Positions 8,321 to 15,925 of a stretch of DNA of 64,000 bases are shown in pieces. Under the pieces are notes generated by a model. It ran no database searches and was not told the origin of the DNA. It was given only the letters and a program-made list of their open reading frames with translations. The DNA comes from an uncultured Acidobacteriota bacterium (GTDB taxonomy: Bacteria; Acidobacteriota; Thermoanaerobaculia; Multivoradales; UBA5704), in NCBI GenBank assembly GCA_963718645.1, contig OY970373.1:4202452-4266451 (forward strand), in the 5' to 3' direction. Position 1 is the first letter of the stretch; each line of letters opens with the position of its first letter. Position numbers and translations under genes: made by a program.

Positions 8321-9864
8321 GGTGCCGGCCTCAGTACCGGCCTCAATTCGGGATCGAGCCCGGCCGTCCGGCGCGCCAGGTCCAGCGGCAGCTCGCGGCC
8401 GGTCATCAACTGGAACTGGCCGCGCGCCTGATCCACCAGCACCTCGCGGCCGTCGATCGCTACGGCGCCGCGCGCCGCCGCCGCGGTCAGCAGCCGCGTC
8501 GGCCGGTCCATGAAGTAGACGAGGTCGATCACCACCGCGCCGGGGCGGAGGTGGTCGACGGCGAAGGGCAGTGGATCGTCGGCGCCGCGGCCCAGCGAGG
8601 TGGCGTTGACCAGCAGGTCGAAGGCGGACGGATCGAGCTCGGTGAGCGGCCGGAAAGTGACGTGGAGCTGCTTGGCGGCGAGGTACGCGGCCGAGCTCTT
8701 GCCGCGCTCCGGATCGCGGTTGAACAGTGTCACCCGCGCGCCTGCCCGGTGGAGCCCCGCCACCCCCGAGCGGCCGGCGCCGCCGGCGCCGACCACCGCC
8801 GCCTCCATCCCCTCGATCGCCAGGCCGCGGTCGCGTAGCGGCAGCACCACGCCGTCCGGATCGGTCGCCTCGGCCTCCCACACCCCCTGGTTGCAAACCA
8901 GGGTGTTGGCGGCGCCGATCAGGCTGACCAGCGGGCTCTCCGCGCCGCACACCGCCAGAGCCGACTCCTTGAACGGCGCGGTCACCGAGAGGCCGCGGAT
9001 GGAGAGGCCGATGGCGTCCAGCGCCGCGTTCTCCACCACCTCCAGCCAGAAGTCGCCGAAGGAGCCGGTGTGGAACGGCAAATAGACCGCCGGGATCCCC
9101 AGGGCACGGTAGGCGGCGTTGTGGATGCGGGGGGAGAGCGAGTGGTTGACCGGATTGCCGACGAGGCCGAACACCGATTCGATCGGCGGCAGCTCGGGCA
9201 GGCCGTAATCGCCGATCAGGCGGGCGAGCGAGATCTGCCCGGGTGCGCCCGGCACGTCGCCCAGCGCGGCATAGACCACCGGCGCGCCGAGACGAGGGGC
9301 GAGCAGGCGCGTCCAGGCGCCGCCGGGGCCGGCGGCGAAGGCGGCGACGTCGCGGCGGCCGAGCGAGGCGAGCAGCAGCAGCGCCGCCACCTCGTCCCCC
9401 GGCTGCACGGCGGTGGGGATCAGCTTGTAGAGCGCGGCGCCATGGACGGCCATCCGCTCGAAGATGGCGGTGAGGCCGTCGAGCCCCGGCGCCGGACCGT
9501 GCCAGGAGATCACCCGTTTCCCGGCGGGCACCGCCTTGAGGACATCCAGCGTTAGATCCCGCGCCGCTTCGAGGTCGACGAAGTCGTAGCGCGCCGCCGC
9601 GTCGATCAGCCGCTGCCGGCGCCGCTCGGGGGCGCCCTCGGAGGCGCCCCCCTCGGCGCGGCTGCGCAGCGTGTAGAGGAGCTTGCCGGGAAAGATGCCG
9701 CGAAGTTGGGCCGCGTCGAGGTCGCCGACGAGGTCGCCGCGGACCTCCAGCCAGTCGACCCCCTCCAGGTCGGACGCCCGCGGCAGGGCGCTCCCGGCGG
9801 GGAGGGTCGTGAGGGTCGCGACCATCGTGGCGCGGACCCGTGCGGCCGGCGGCGCTGTCTCCAA
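8317..9864 (-). CDS. Bifunctional 3-dehydroquinate dehydratase (type I) / shikimate dehydrogenase (AroD-AroE fusion), first gene of the his transcription unit
   Basis: The N-terminal half has LEVRGDL and a type I DHQase-like region. The C-terminal half has GLVGNPVNHSLSPRIHNAAYRALGIPAVYLPF...VVGAGGAGRS (AroE). TTG start at 9864, or an internal ATG at 9828. Confidence 0.7.
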   Translation of the reverse strand: METAPPAARVRATMVATLTTLPAGSALPRASDLEGVDWLEVRGDLVGDLDAAQLRGIFPGKLLYTLRSRAEGGASEGAPERRRQRLIDAAARYDFVDLEAARDLTLDVLKAVPAGKRVISWHGPAPGLDGLTAIFERMAVHGAALYKLIPTAVQPGDEVAALLLLASLGRRDVAAFAAGPGGAWTRLLAPRLGAPVVYAALGDVPGAPGQISLARLIGDYGLPELPPIESVFGLVGNPVNHSLSPRIHNAAYRALGIPAVYLPFHTGSFGDFWLEVVENAALDAIGLSIRGLSVTAPFKESALAVCGAESPLVSLIGAANTLVCNQGVWEAEATDPDGVVLPLRDRGLAIEGMEAAVVGAGGAGRSGVAGLHRAGARVTLFNRDPERGKSSAAYLAAKQLHVTFRPLTELDPSAFDLLVNATSLGRGADDPLPFAVDHLRPGAVVIDLVYFMDRPTRLLTAAAARGAVAIDGREVLVDQARGQFQLMTGRELPLDLARRTAGLDPELRPVLRPAP

Positions 9865-9867
9865 AAC

Positions 9868-9902
9868 GAAAACCTCCTTCCGAGACCCGGAAGGAGGCGA
9901 CG
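9868..9902 (-). terminator. Intrinsic-terminator-like hairpin plus T-run in the his operon 5' leader (possible attenuator)
   Basis: On the minus strand the 10-bp stem CCTCCTTCCG / CGGAAGGAGG (loop GGTCT) is followed by TTTTCGTTTT. It ends 3 nt before the aroDE TTG. Confidence 0.5.
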
Positions 9903-9957
9903 TGGAAGCGTCAGGCAGTCTCTCGTCCCGGGTCCGTGCGGCCGGGACGTGCCCGGC

Positions 9958-10044
9958 TCAGTTCACGGAGCAATGATGGCCGTGCGCACGCCAACCCAGG
10001 GAGGCGGCGGTCTCGGGCGGGCACGTAGTGTTCAAGCGCATCAT
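9958..10044 (-). CDS. Candidate histidine-operon leader peptide (28 aa), speculative
   Basis: The minus-strand small ORF ATGATGCGC...CACGGCCATCAT...TGA encodes MMRLNTTCPPETAASLGWRAHGHHCSVN (HGHH). It lies about 55 nt upstream of a GC hairpin plus T-run terminator, directly in front of the aroDE start. Confidence 0.25.
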   Translation of the reverse strand: MMRLNTTCPPETAASLGWRAHGHHCSVN

Positions 10045-10123
10045 CGAATTCCCGTTTGAGGTTGAAGCTTATCCCAGACGGCGGCGGGGATGTCAAGCGC
10101 CGCCCCATGCGACAATCCCCGCC

Positions 10124-10930
10124 ATGCGCCACCTCGTCATCTACCTCCTCCGCTACGGCCTCGCCGTCGTCTTCGGCAACGTCTTCCTGGAGCAGCTCGG
10201 CGTGCCGATCCCCGCGCTCCCTACCCTGATCGTCGCCGGAGCTCTGATCCAGGGCGGGCAGATGGCGTTCCCGCCGGTCCTCGCCATGGCATTCATCGCC
10301 ACGCTGCTGGCCGATTCGATCTGGTTCGCGGCGGGGCGCTGGCAAGGGCACCGGGTGCTGCGCACGGTCTGCCGCCTATCGCTCTCCCCCGACTCCTGCG
10401 TCCGGGGCACCGAGGATCTCTTCGAGCGCGCCGGCATGCCGTCGCTCCTCTACGCCAAGTTCATCCCCGGCTACAGCATGATCGCGCCGCCGCTGGCCGG
10501 CGCCATGGGCAAGTCGGTGGCCTCCTTCCTTTTCTGGGACGGCCTCGGCGGTCTCCTCTGGCTCGGCTCCGGCCTGCTCGCCGGCTTCGTCTTCCACCAC
10601 GCCGTCAACCAGGTGATCGAGCACCTGGAAGCCCTCGGCTTCTGGTCCGGCGTGGTGATCGCGGCCGCCCTGGCGCTGGTCGTCCTCTGGAAGTGGTGGC
10701 AGCGGCGGCGGGTGCAGAAGATCCTCCGCCTCGCCCGCATCCCCGTCTCCGAGCTGAAGCGGCTGATGGACACCGGGAACGCGCCGCTGGTGGTCGACGT
10801 GCGCAATCGCTCCTCCCAGCTCCACGACCCCCGGCGCGTGCCGGGAGCCCTGAAGATGACGATCGACGAGATCGACGCGCATCTCGGCGAGCTCCCCCGC
10901 GACCGCGAGATCATCCTCTACTGTGCCTGA
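10124..10930 (+). CDS. DedA/SNARE-associated membrane protein fused to a C-terminal rhodanese domain. An in-frame TGA at 10928-10930 interrupts the rhodanese active-site loop.
   Basis: MRHLVIYLLRYGLAVVFGNVFLEQLGVPIP... is DedA. Then comes ...LVVDVRNRSSQLHDPRRVPGAL...REIILYCA* (rhodanese). In the same frame after the TGA, PNEASAARVARALMDKGFTRVRPLEGGIDAW completes the rhodanese fold up to 11103. Confidence 0.7.
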   Translation: MRHLVIYLLRYGLAVVFGNVFLEQLGVPIPALPTLIVAGALIQGGQMAFPPVLAMAFIATLLADSIWFAAGRWQGHRVLRTVCRLSLSPDSCVRGTEDLFERAGMPSLLYAKFIPGYSMIAPPLAGAMGKSVASFLFWDGLGGLLWLGSGLLAGFVFHHAVNQVIEHLEALGFWSGVVIAAALALVVLWKWWQRRRVQKILRLARIPVSELKRLMDTGNAPLVVDVRNRSSQLHDPRRVPGALKMTIDEIDAHLGELPRDREIILYCA

Positions 10931-11103
10931 CCGAACGAAGCCTCCGCGGCCCGTGTGGCTCGCGCACTGATGGACAAAGGCTTCACCCGGGTCCGCCCGC
11001 TCGAAGGGGGGATCGACGCCTGGGCGGACGCCGGCTATTCGATGGAAGACGAGACGGTCGTCGGCGTCCGGCGCCCCGAGGGCACGCTAGACTCATCCGC
11101 CTG
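10931..11103 (+). pseudogene. In-frame continuation of the rhodanese domain after the TGA: a disrupted gene, a read-through/recoding segment, or an assembly error
   Basis: It has no independent start and lies in the same frame as 10124..10930. The rhodanese C-terminal signature GFxxVxxLxGGxxAW is present. Confidence 0.45.
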
Positions 11104-11128
11104 AAGACATCTACCCGGGAGATTCCCC

Positions 11129-12460
11129 ATGATGCAATACAAGACCATCGCCCGCGTCCTCAACCTCGTCGCCGACGCCGACCAGCAGATCCTCAACCTG
11201 TCGGTGGACGAGGCTCGCGCCCTGCTCCTCTCGGACAACCCCGAGGACGTCCTGCGGATCGAGGGCTCCTTCGCCCTGCTCGCCCGCGACGGCCAGCGGG
11301 TGCGCCTGGCGCGCAGCCTCGACCGGCCGCTCCGCTACTTTCTCGCCAAGGAGAAGGACGGCCCGATGCTGGTGGTGGCCGACCGCATCGACCAGATCCG
11401 CGACGCCCTGGAGCGCGAGGGGCACGGCGATCAGTTCCACCCCTCGTACACGCGGATGATCCCGGCCCATCACGTCACCGAGATCCAGCTCGTCGGCTGT
11501 CCCGATCCCAACCCCGTCTACCGCCGCTTCTTCGATCCGCCGCGCGAGGTGCTCCCCCCCGACCTCGACGTCATCGGCGAGGCGTACGTCCAAGCTCTCT
11601 GCGAGGAGGTCCGCCGCTGGCTGGCCGCTCTCCCCGCGAAGGAGCCCCTGGGCGTCCTCTTCTCCGGCGGCATGGACAGCGGGGCCCTCCTGCTGGCGCT
11701 CCACCATGAGCTGCTCGCCGCCGGTCAGAGCCCGGCCCGGCTGAAGGCGTTCACCCTCGCCGTGGACGGCGGCGGCGCCGACCTCGCCCAGGCTCGCGAG
11801 CTCCTCCGCCGCGCCGATCTCCAGATCCTCCACGAGGTGATCGAGGCGAGCGGCGACGACATCGACCCCTTCGCGGCCGTCGAGGCGATCGAGGACTACA
11901 AGCCGCTGGACGTCGAGTGCGCGGCGATGAGCCTCGCCCTGCTGAAGGGGATCCGCGCGCGCTACCCCGACTGGCGCCACCTCGCCGACGGCGACGGCGG
12001 CGACGAGAACCTCAAGGACTACCCGATCGAGGAGAACCCCGAGCTGACCATCCGCAGCGTGGTCAACAACCGCATGCTCTACCAGGAAGGGTGGGGCGTG
12101 GAGGCGATCAAGCACTCCCTCACCTACAGCGGCGGATTGAGCCGCGGCTGCGTCCGCGGCTACGCCCCGGCGCGAAGGCACGGCTTCGTCACTTTCAGCC
12201 CGTTCGTCCGCCCGCGGGTGATCGCCGTGGCCGAGGCGATCCCCTTCGCCGAGCTGACCCAAGGCTCCCACGAGACGCTCTACAGCTTGAAGGGCGAAGT
12301 GCTGCGGCGCGGCCTCCTGAAGGTGACCGGCCGCGACCTCCCCGTCTTCCCCAAGCGGCGCTTCCAGCACGGCGCGGTGCCGGCGGAGACGTTCCAGGAA
12401 CGGTTCGACCTCCGGCCGCTCCAGTATCGGAGCCATCTGCTCAGCCTCTACCAGGCCTAG
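11129..12460 (+). CDS. Asparagine-synthetase (AsnB)-like PP-loop amidoligase lacking the N-terminal Cys nucleophile
   Basis: It starts MMQYKT with no Cys2. A degenerate GATase remnant GSFALLARDGQRVRLARSLDRPLRYF is followed by the PP-loop LGVLFSGGMDSGALLLAL. The RBS is GGGAG. Confidence 0.75.
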   Translation: MMQYKTIARVLNLVADADQQILNLSVDEARALLLSDNPEDVLRIEGSFALLARDGQRVRLARSLDRPLRYFLAKEKDGPMLVVADRIDQIRDALEREGHGDQFHPSYTRMIPAHHVTEIQLVGCPDPNPVYRRFFDPPREVLPPDLDVIGEAYVQALCEEVRRWLAALPAKEPLGVLFSGGMDSGALLLALHHELLAAGQSPARLKAFTLAVDGGGADLAQARELLRRADLQILHEVIEASGDDIDPFAAVEAIEDYKPLDVECAAMSLALLKGIRARYPDWRHLADGDGGDENLKDYPIEENPELTIRSVVNNRMLYQEGWGVEAIKHSLTYSGGLSRGCVRGYAPARRHGFVTFSPFVRPRVIAVAEAIPFAELTQGSHETLYSLKGEVLRRGLLKVTGRDLPVFPKRRFQHGAVPAETFQERFDLRPLQYRSHLLSLYQA

Positions 12461-12462
12461 AG

Positions 12463-13404
12463 GTGAAAGGAGTCTCCCAGTGGGTTCGCTCGCAGAGGAT
12501 CCCTCGCTTCGAGCCCGATCCCTGGAAGCCGCTGGGGCACCTCTGGGAAGAGGAGCGTACGGCGGAGGGGGGCACGATTCCCGCCCTCACCGTCTTCCTT
12601 GCCGGGGCGGAATGCCCGTTCACCTGCGTCTTCTGCGATCTCTGGCGCGAGACGCTCGCGGGGCCGACGCCCGCGGGGGCCTTGCCTGAACAGATCCGCA
12701 AGGCTCTCGCCGCCGCCGGTCCCTTGAGGGCACCGGCGGCGCTGAAGCTCTACAACGCCAGCAATTTCTTCGAGCCGCGGGCCGTGCCGCCGGAAGACGA
12801 GCCAGAGATTCTCGACCTCTCCGCTCCGTTCGCCCGCGTCACCGTCGAATGCCATCCGCGGCTGATCGGCGATCGCTGTCTCCGTTTCGCCGAACGGTTG
12901 GCCGGCCGCCTGGAAGTCGCCATGGGATTGGAGACGGTCCACCCGGAAGCCCTGCCGCGCCTGAACAAGGGGATGACCCTCGACGACTTCGACCGCGCCG
13001 CCGACACTCTCCGGAAAGCGGGGATCGGCCTGCGCGCCTTCGTGCTGGTCTCGCCGCCGTTCGTGCCGCCCGAGGAGGCGATCGAGTGGGTGTATCGATC
13101 AGCCGCCTACGCCTTCGAGCGCGGTGCTGAAAGGGTCGCGCTGATTCCGGTCCGCAGCGATAACGGCTTCCTGGAGACTCTCTGGGAAGCCGGCGATTTC
13201 ACGCACCCCCGCCTCGATCAGCTCGAGGAGGCCCTGGAGCGCTGCCTGGACCTCAACGGCATCGTCACCGCCGATCTCTGGGATGCGCGCCGCTTCGCGG
13301 ACTGCCCCCACTGTGCGGACGCGCGGCTGGCGCGGCTCGATCGGATGAACCGCTCCGGTCGGGCCGAGCCGCGAGCCAACTGTGCAATCTGCGGAAACTC
13401 ATGA
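12463..13404 (+). CDS. Radical-SAM-like Fe-S protein (CX3CX2C) with C-terminal CxxC...CxxC
   Basis: The GTG lies 2 nt after the upstream TAG. ...TIPALTVFLAGAECPFTCVFCDLW...KLYNASNFFEP...MGLETVHPEAL...AGIGLRAFVLV...DCPHCAD...NCAICGNS*. The TGA overlaps the next ATG (ATGA). Confidence 0.65.
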   Translation: MKGVSQWVRSQRIPRFEPDPWKPLGHLWEEERTAEGGTIPALTVFLAGAECPFTCVFCDLWRETLAGPTPAGALPEQIRKALAAAGPLRAPAALKLYNASNFFEPRAVPPEDEPEILDLSAPFARVTVECHPRLIGDRCLRFAERLAGRLEVAMGLETVHPEALPRLNKGMTLDDFDRAADTLRKAGIGLRAFVLVSPPFVPPEEAIEWVYRSAAYAFERGAERVALIPVRSDNGFLETLWEAGDFTHPRLDQLEEALERCLDLNGIVTADLWDARRFADCPHCADARLARLDRMNRSGRAEPRANCAICGNS

Positions 13405-14909
13405 AAATCGCCATCGTCGGCTCCGGCTTCGCGGGCTCCATCCTCGCGCGCGTCCTCCAGGTGCAGGGGCACCAGGTGCTCCTCCTCGACCGCAACCGCC
13501 ACCCGCGCTTCGCCCTCGGCGAGTCGTCCACGCCGCTGGCCGCGATCTGCCTGGAGCGCTTGGCCGCGCGCTACGGCCTCGACGACCTCCACGCCCTCGC
13601 CGCCTGGGGGCGCTGGCAGGAGCGGCTCCCTCATCTCCGCCGCGGCCTCAAGCGGGGCTTCACCTTCTACGGCCACACACCCGGCCGCCCCTACGCCAAC
13701 GGCGCCGCCAACGAGCGGCGCGTCCTGGTGGCCGCCAGCCCGACGGACGCCATCGCCGACACCCACTGGCTGCGCGCGGACGTCGACCACCACCTCGTCC
13801 TCCAGGCCGCCGCGGCGGGCGTCGAGGTGGTGGAAGAGGTCGAGTTGACCGGGCTGGAAACGCGCTCAGGAAACGGCTGGCACCTCCATGGCACGCACCG
13901 GCAGCGGCCCGTCCGCTTCGAGGCCGACCTCCTGATCGACGCCTCGGGCCCCGGCGGCTTCCTCGCCCGCCACCTCTCAATTCCCCGGGTGGAGACCGCG
14001 CCGAACACATCCCTCGTCTTCGGCCACTTCGAAGGTCTCGCCGATTTTTCGGAGGTCACCGGCGCGGCGCTCCCCGCCGGTCCGTACCCCGACGAGAACG
14101 CCGCCATTCATCACGTCCTGGAAGAGGGGTGGATGTACGTCCTCCCCTTCGATCACGGCACCGTCAGCGCCGGCTTCGTGATCCAGCAGGAACGCGCGCG
14201 GGAAGAGCTGTCTTCTCTGACGCCGGACGCCGCCTGGGACCGTCTCCTCGGTCGCTATCCGACGCTGCGGGATCAGTTCGCGCCCGCCCGTCCGACGCGG
14301 CCGATCGGGAAGATCGCTCGCCTCCAGCACCGCTTGGAGCGGGCGTCAGGAGAAAACTGGGCGCTGCTGCCGCACGCCTTCTGCTTCCTCTCGCCCCTGT
14401 TCTCCACCGGCATCGCTTGGAGCCTGCTCGCCGTCGAGCGCCTGGCCCTGCTGCTGGAGACCGGAACGAACCTGGAAGCGGGGATCGCCCGCTACGGCGA
14501 TCTGCTCAACCGCGAGGCGGATCACGTCCAGTCGCTCGTCGCGGGAGCGTACGAGAGGATGACCGATTTCGATCGCTTCACCGCCTACTCAATGATCTAT
14601 TTCGCCGCCGCCAGCTTCGGAGAAGCCAGCCAGCGCCTCCTCCCCCCGCCTGCGGACGGCTGGGCCTGGAATGGCTTTCTCGGCAGCACCGATCCCGTGA
14701 TCCGGGAGATGCTCGCGCGAATCCTCGCCGGCCCCGATTCCGAGGGCGACATCCGCGCCGCCATCGCGCCGCGCAACCTCGCGGGCCTGGCCGATCCCGC
14801 GCGCAACCGGATGGTGCCGGTGGATCTGGACGTGCTGATCGAACAGGCGCCACTGCTGGGGCTCACCCAGGAAGAGATTCGGCGTGAGATCCCAAGGCTG
14901 CGTGGATAG
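13401..14909 (+). CDS. FAD-dependent flavoprotein of the tryptophan-halogenase / geranylgeranyl-reductase-like family
   Basis: MKIAIVGSGFAGSILARVL (GxGxxG)...RFALGESSTPLA (compare halogenase GVGEATIP)...EGWMYVLPF (degenerate WxWxIP). Confidence 0.75.
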   Translation: MKIAIVGSGFAGSILARVLQVQGHQVLLLDRNRHPRFALGESSTPLAAICLERLAARYGLDDLHALAAWGRWQERLPHLRRGLKRGFTFYGHTPGRPYANGAANERRVLVAASPTDAIADTHWLRADVDHHLVLQAAAAGVEVVEEVELTGLETRSGNGWHLHGTHRQRPVRFEADLLIDASGPGGFLARHLSIPRVETAPNTSLVFGHFEGLADFSEVTGAALPAGPYPDENAAIHHVLEEGWMYVLPFDHGTVSAGFVIQQERAREELSSLTPDAAWDRLLGRYPTLRDQFAPARPTRPIGKIARLQHRLERASGENWALLPHAFCFLSPLFSTGIAWSLLAVERLALLLETGTNLEAGIARYGDLLNREADHVQSLVAGAYERMTDFDRFTAYSMIYFAAASFGEASQRLLPPPADGWAWNGFLGSTDPVIREMLARILAGPDSEGDIRAAIAPRNLAGLADPARNRMVPVDLDVLIEQAPLLGLTQEEIRREIPRLRG

Positions 14910-14971
14910 ACGCGATCGGCGTTACGCCTGTCCGTGCCATTGCTTCCTTTCGTCGCCGTCCTGCGCTATCT

Positions 14972-15000
14972 TTGACCTACCCTGGGAGACTCTCTATACT
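14972..15000 (+). promoter_or_regulatory. Sigma70-like promoter for the Uma2 gene
   Basis: TTGACC (14972-14977), a 17-nt spacer, then TATACT (14995-15000), 7 nt before the ATG at 15008. Confidence 0.5.
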
Positions 15001-15007
15001 CGCAGCC

Positions 15008-15925
15008 ATGGTGCAGCCTGTTTGGAAGACGCCGCGCGACGAGAGCGAATGGCCGGACGATGAGAACGGCGTCACGCTCCTCCAGCGCTGGGTCGAACGC
15101 CCCGACGGCAGCAACGAGTTGCTTGAGATCCCGCTAACGCCGGAGCTTTTTCTCGACCCGCAGCTCGAGGACAAAATGGTCCAAGGGGAGTTTCACGCCA
15201 GCCTGATGGCGGAGTTCAGGGAGTTGCTGGGGCGGTACTTCCATGGCCAGCCCGGCGTCAAGGTGCTGATGGACGTCAAGCACCCGCTGGGACGCGGCCT
15301 TCCCGGGCCCGCGCCGGACATCTCGATCGTCCGAGGCGTCCGCAATCCGGAGCGCAAGCGCCGCAGCTTCAACGTCGTCAAAGAGGGCGTCGTTCCCTCC
15401 TTCATCCTGGAGATCGTCTCCCCTTCTGACGCCCGCATTCGCCGCACCGACGAGGTCGACAAGGTGAAGCTCTACGAGCGGATCCAAGTCCAGGAATATC
15501 TTCTTGTGGACGTGCCCCGGAGAGGGACGGAAGGACGCTTCCGGCTCAAGGGGTACCGTTTAGGCCTGGATCACTGTTATCAGCTCATCGAACCAGATGA
15601 GGCCGGGCGCGTTGCCTGCAATACGGTGGGTCTCCTCTTCGGCGTCGCTCCGGATGGGGATCGGATCGAAGTCTTCGAGATCGCGAGCGGAGCGCGGCTG
15701 CGGACTCCGCAAGAGGAAGTAGAGGCACGCGAAAGGGCCGAGCGAGTGGCGGATCGAGCCGAGAAGGCCCGTGAAAAGGCCGAGCGAGTGGCCGAGCGAG
15801 CCGAGAAGGCCCGTGAAGTGGCCGAGCGAGTGGCCGAGCGAGCTGAGAAGGCCCGTGAAGTGGCCGAGGAGGAACTTGCCCGCCTACGGGAGGAGATCGA
15901 ACGGCTCAAGAGGTCTGACCTGTAA
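15008..15925 (+). CDS. Uma2-family (DUF820) putative restriction-endonuclease-like protein with a C-terminal coiled-coil repeat
   Basis: MVQPVWKTPRDESEW...SFILEIVSPSD...YLLVD is the Uma2/PD-(D/E)xK fold. The C-terminus is ERAERVADRAEKAREKAERVAERAEKAREVAERVAERAEKAREVAEEE. Confidence 0.7.
   Translation: MVQPVWKTPRDESEWPDDENGVTLLQRWVERPDGSNELLEIPLTPELFLDPQLEDKMVQGEFHASLMAEFRELLGRYFHGQPGVKVLMDVKHPLGRGLPGPAPDISIVRGVRNPERKRRSFNVVKEGVVPSFILEIVSPSDARIRRTDEVDKVKLYERIQVQEYLLVDVPRRGTEGRFRLKGYRLGLDHCYQLIEPDEAGRVACNTVGLLFGVAPDGDRIEVFEIASGARLRTPQEEVEARERAERVADRAEKAREKAERVAERAEKAREVAERVAERAEKAREVAEEELARLREEIERLKRSDL
15737..15862 (+). repeat. 42-bp x3 in-frame tandem repeat inside the Uma2 gene (14-aa AERVAERAEKAREV units)
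   Basis: GCCGAGCGAGTGGCCGAGCGAGCCGAGAAGGCCCGTGAAGTG-type units begin at 15737, 15779 and 15821. Confidence 0.7.

Noticed and set aside
10928-10930. TGA in the rhodanese loop as selenocysteine.
   Set aside because: Not excluded, but the TGA is at Cys+2 rather than replacing the catalytic Cys, and no bacterial SECIS-like stem-loop is evident in the 40 nt downstream. It is kept as a finding with nonsense mutation or sequencing error as the leading explanations.
12480-12689. 69-aa ORF with a perfect AAGGAG-7nt-GTG context.
   Set aside because: Its product is low-complexity (GAYGGGGHDSRP...) and lies out of frame inside the radical-SAM-like gene, whose GTG at 12463 is in frame with the conserved CX3CX2C protein. 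The SD-like hexamer is probably coincidental or serves internal re-initiation.
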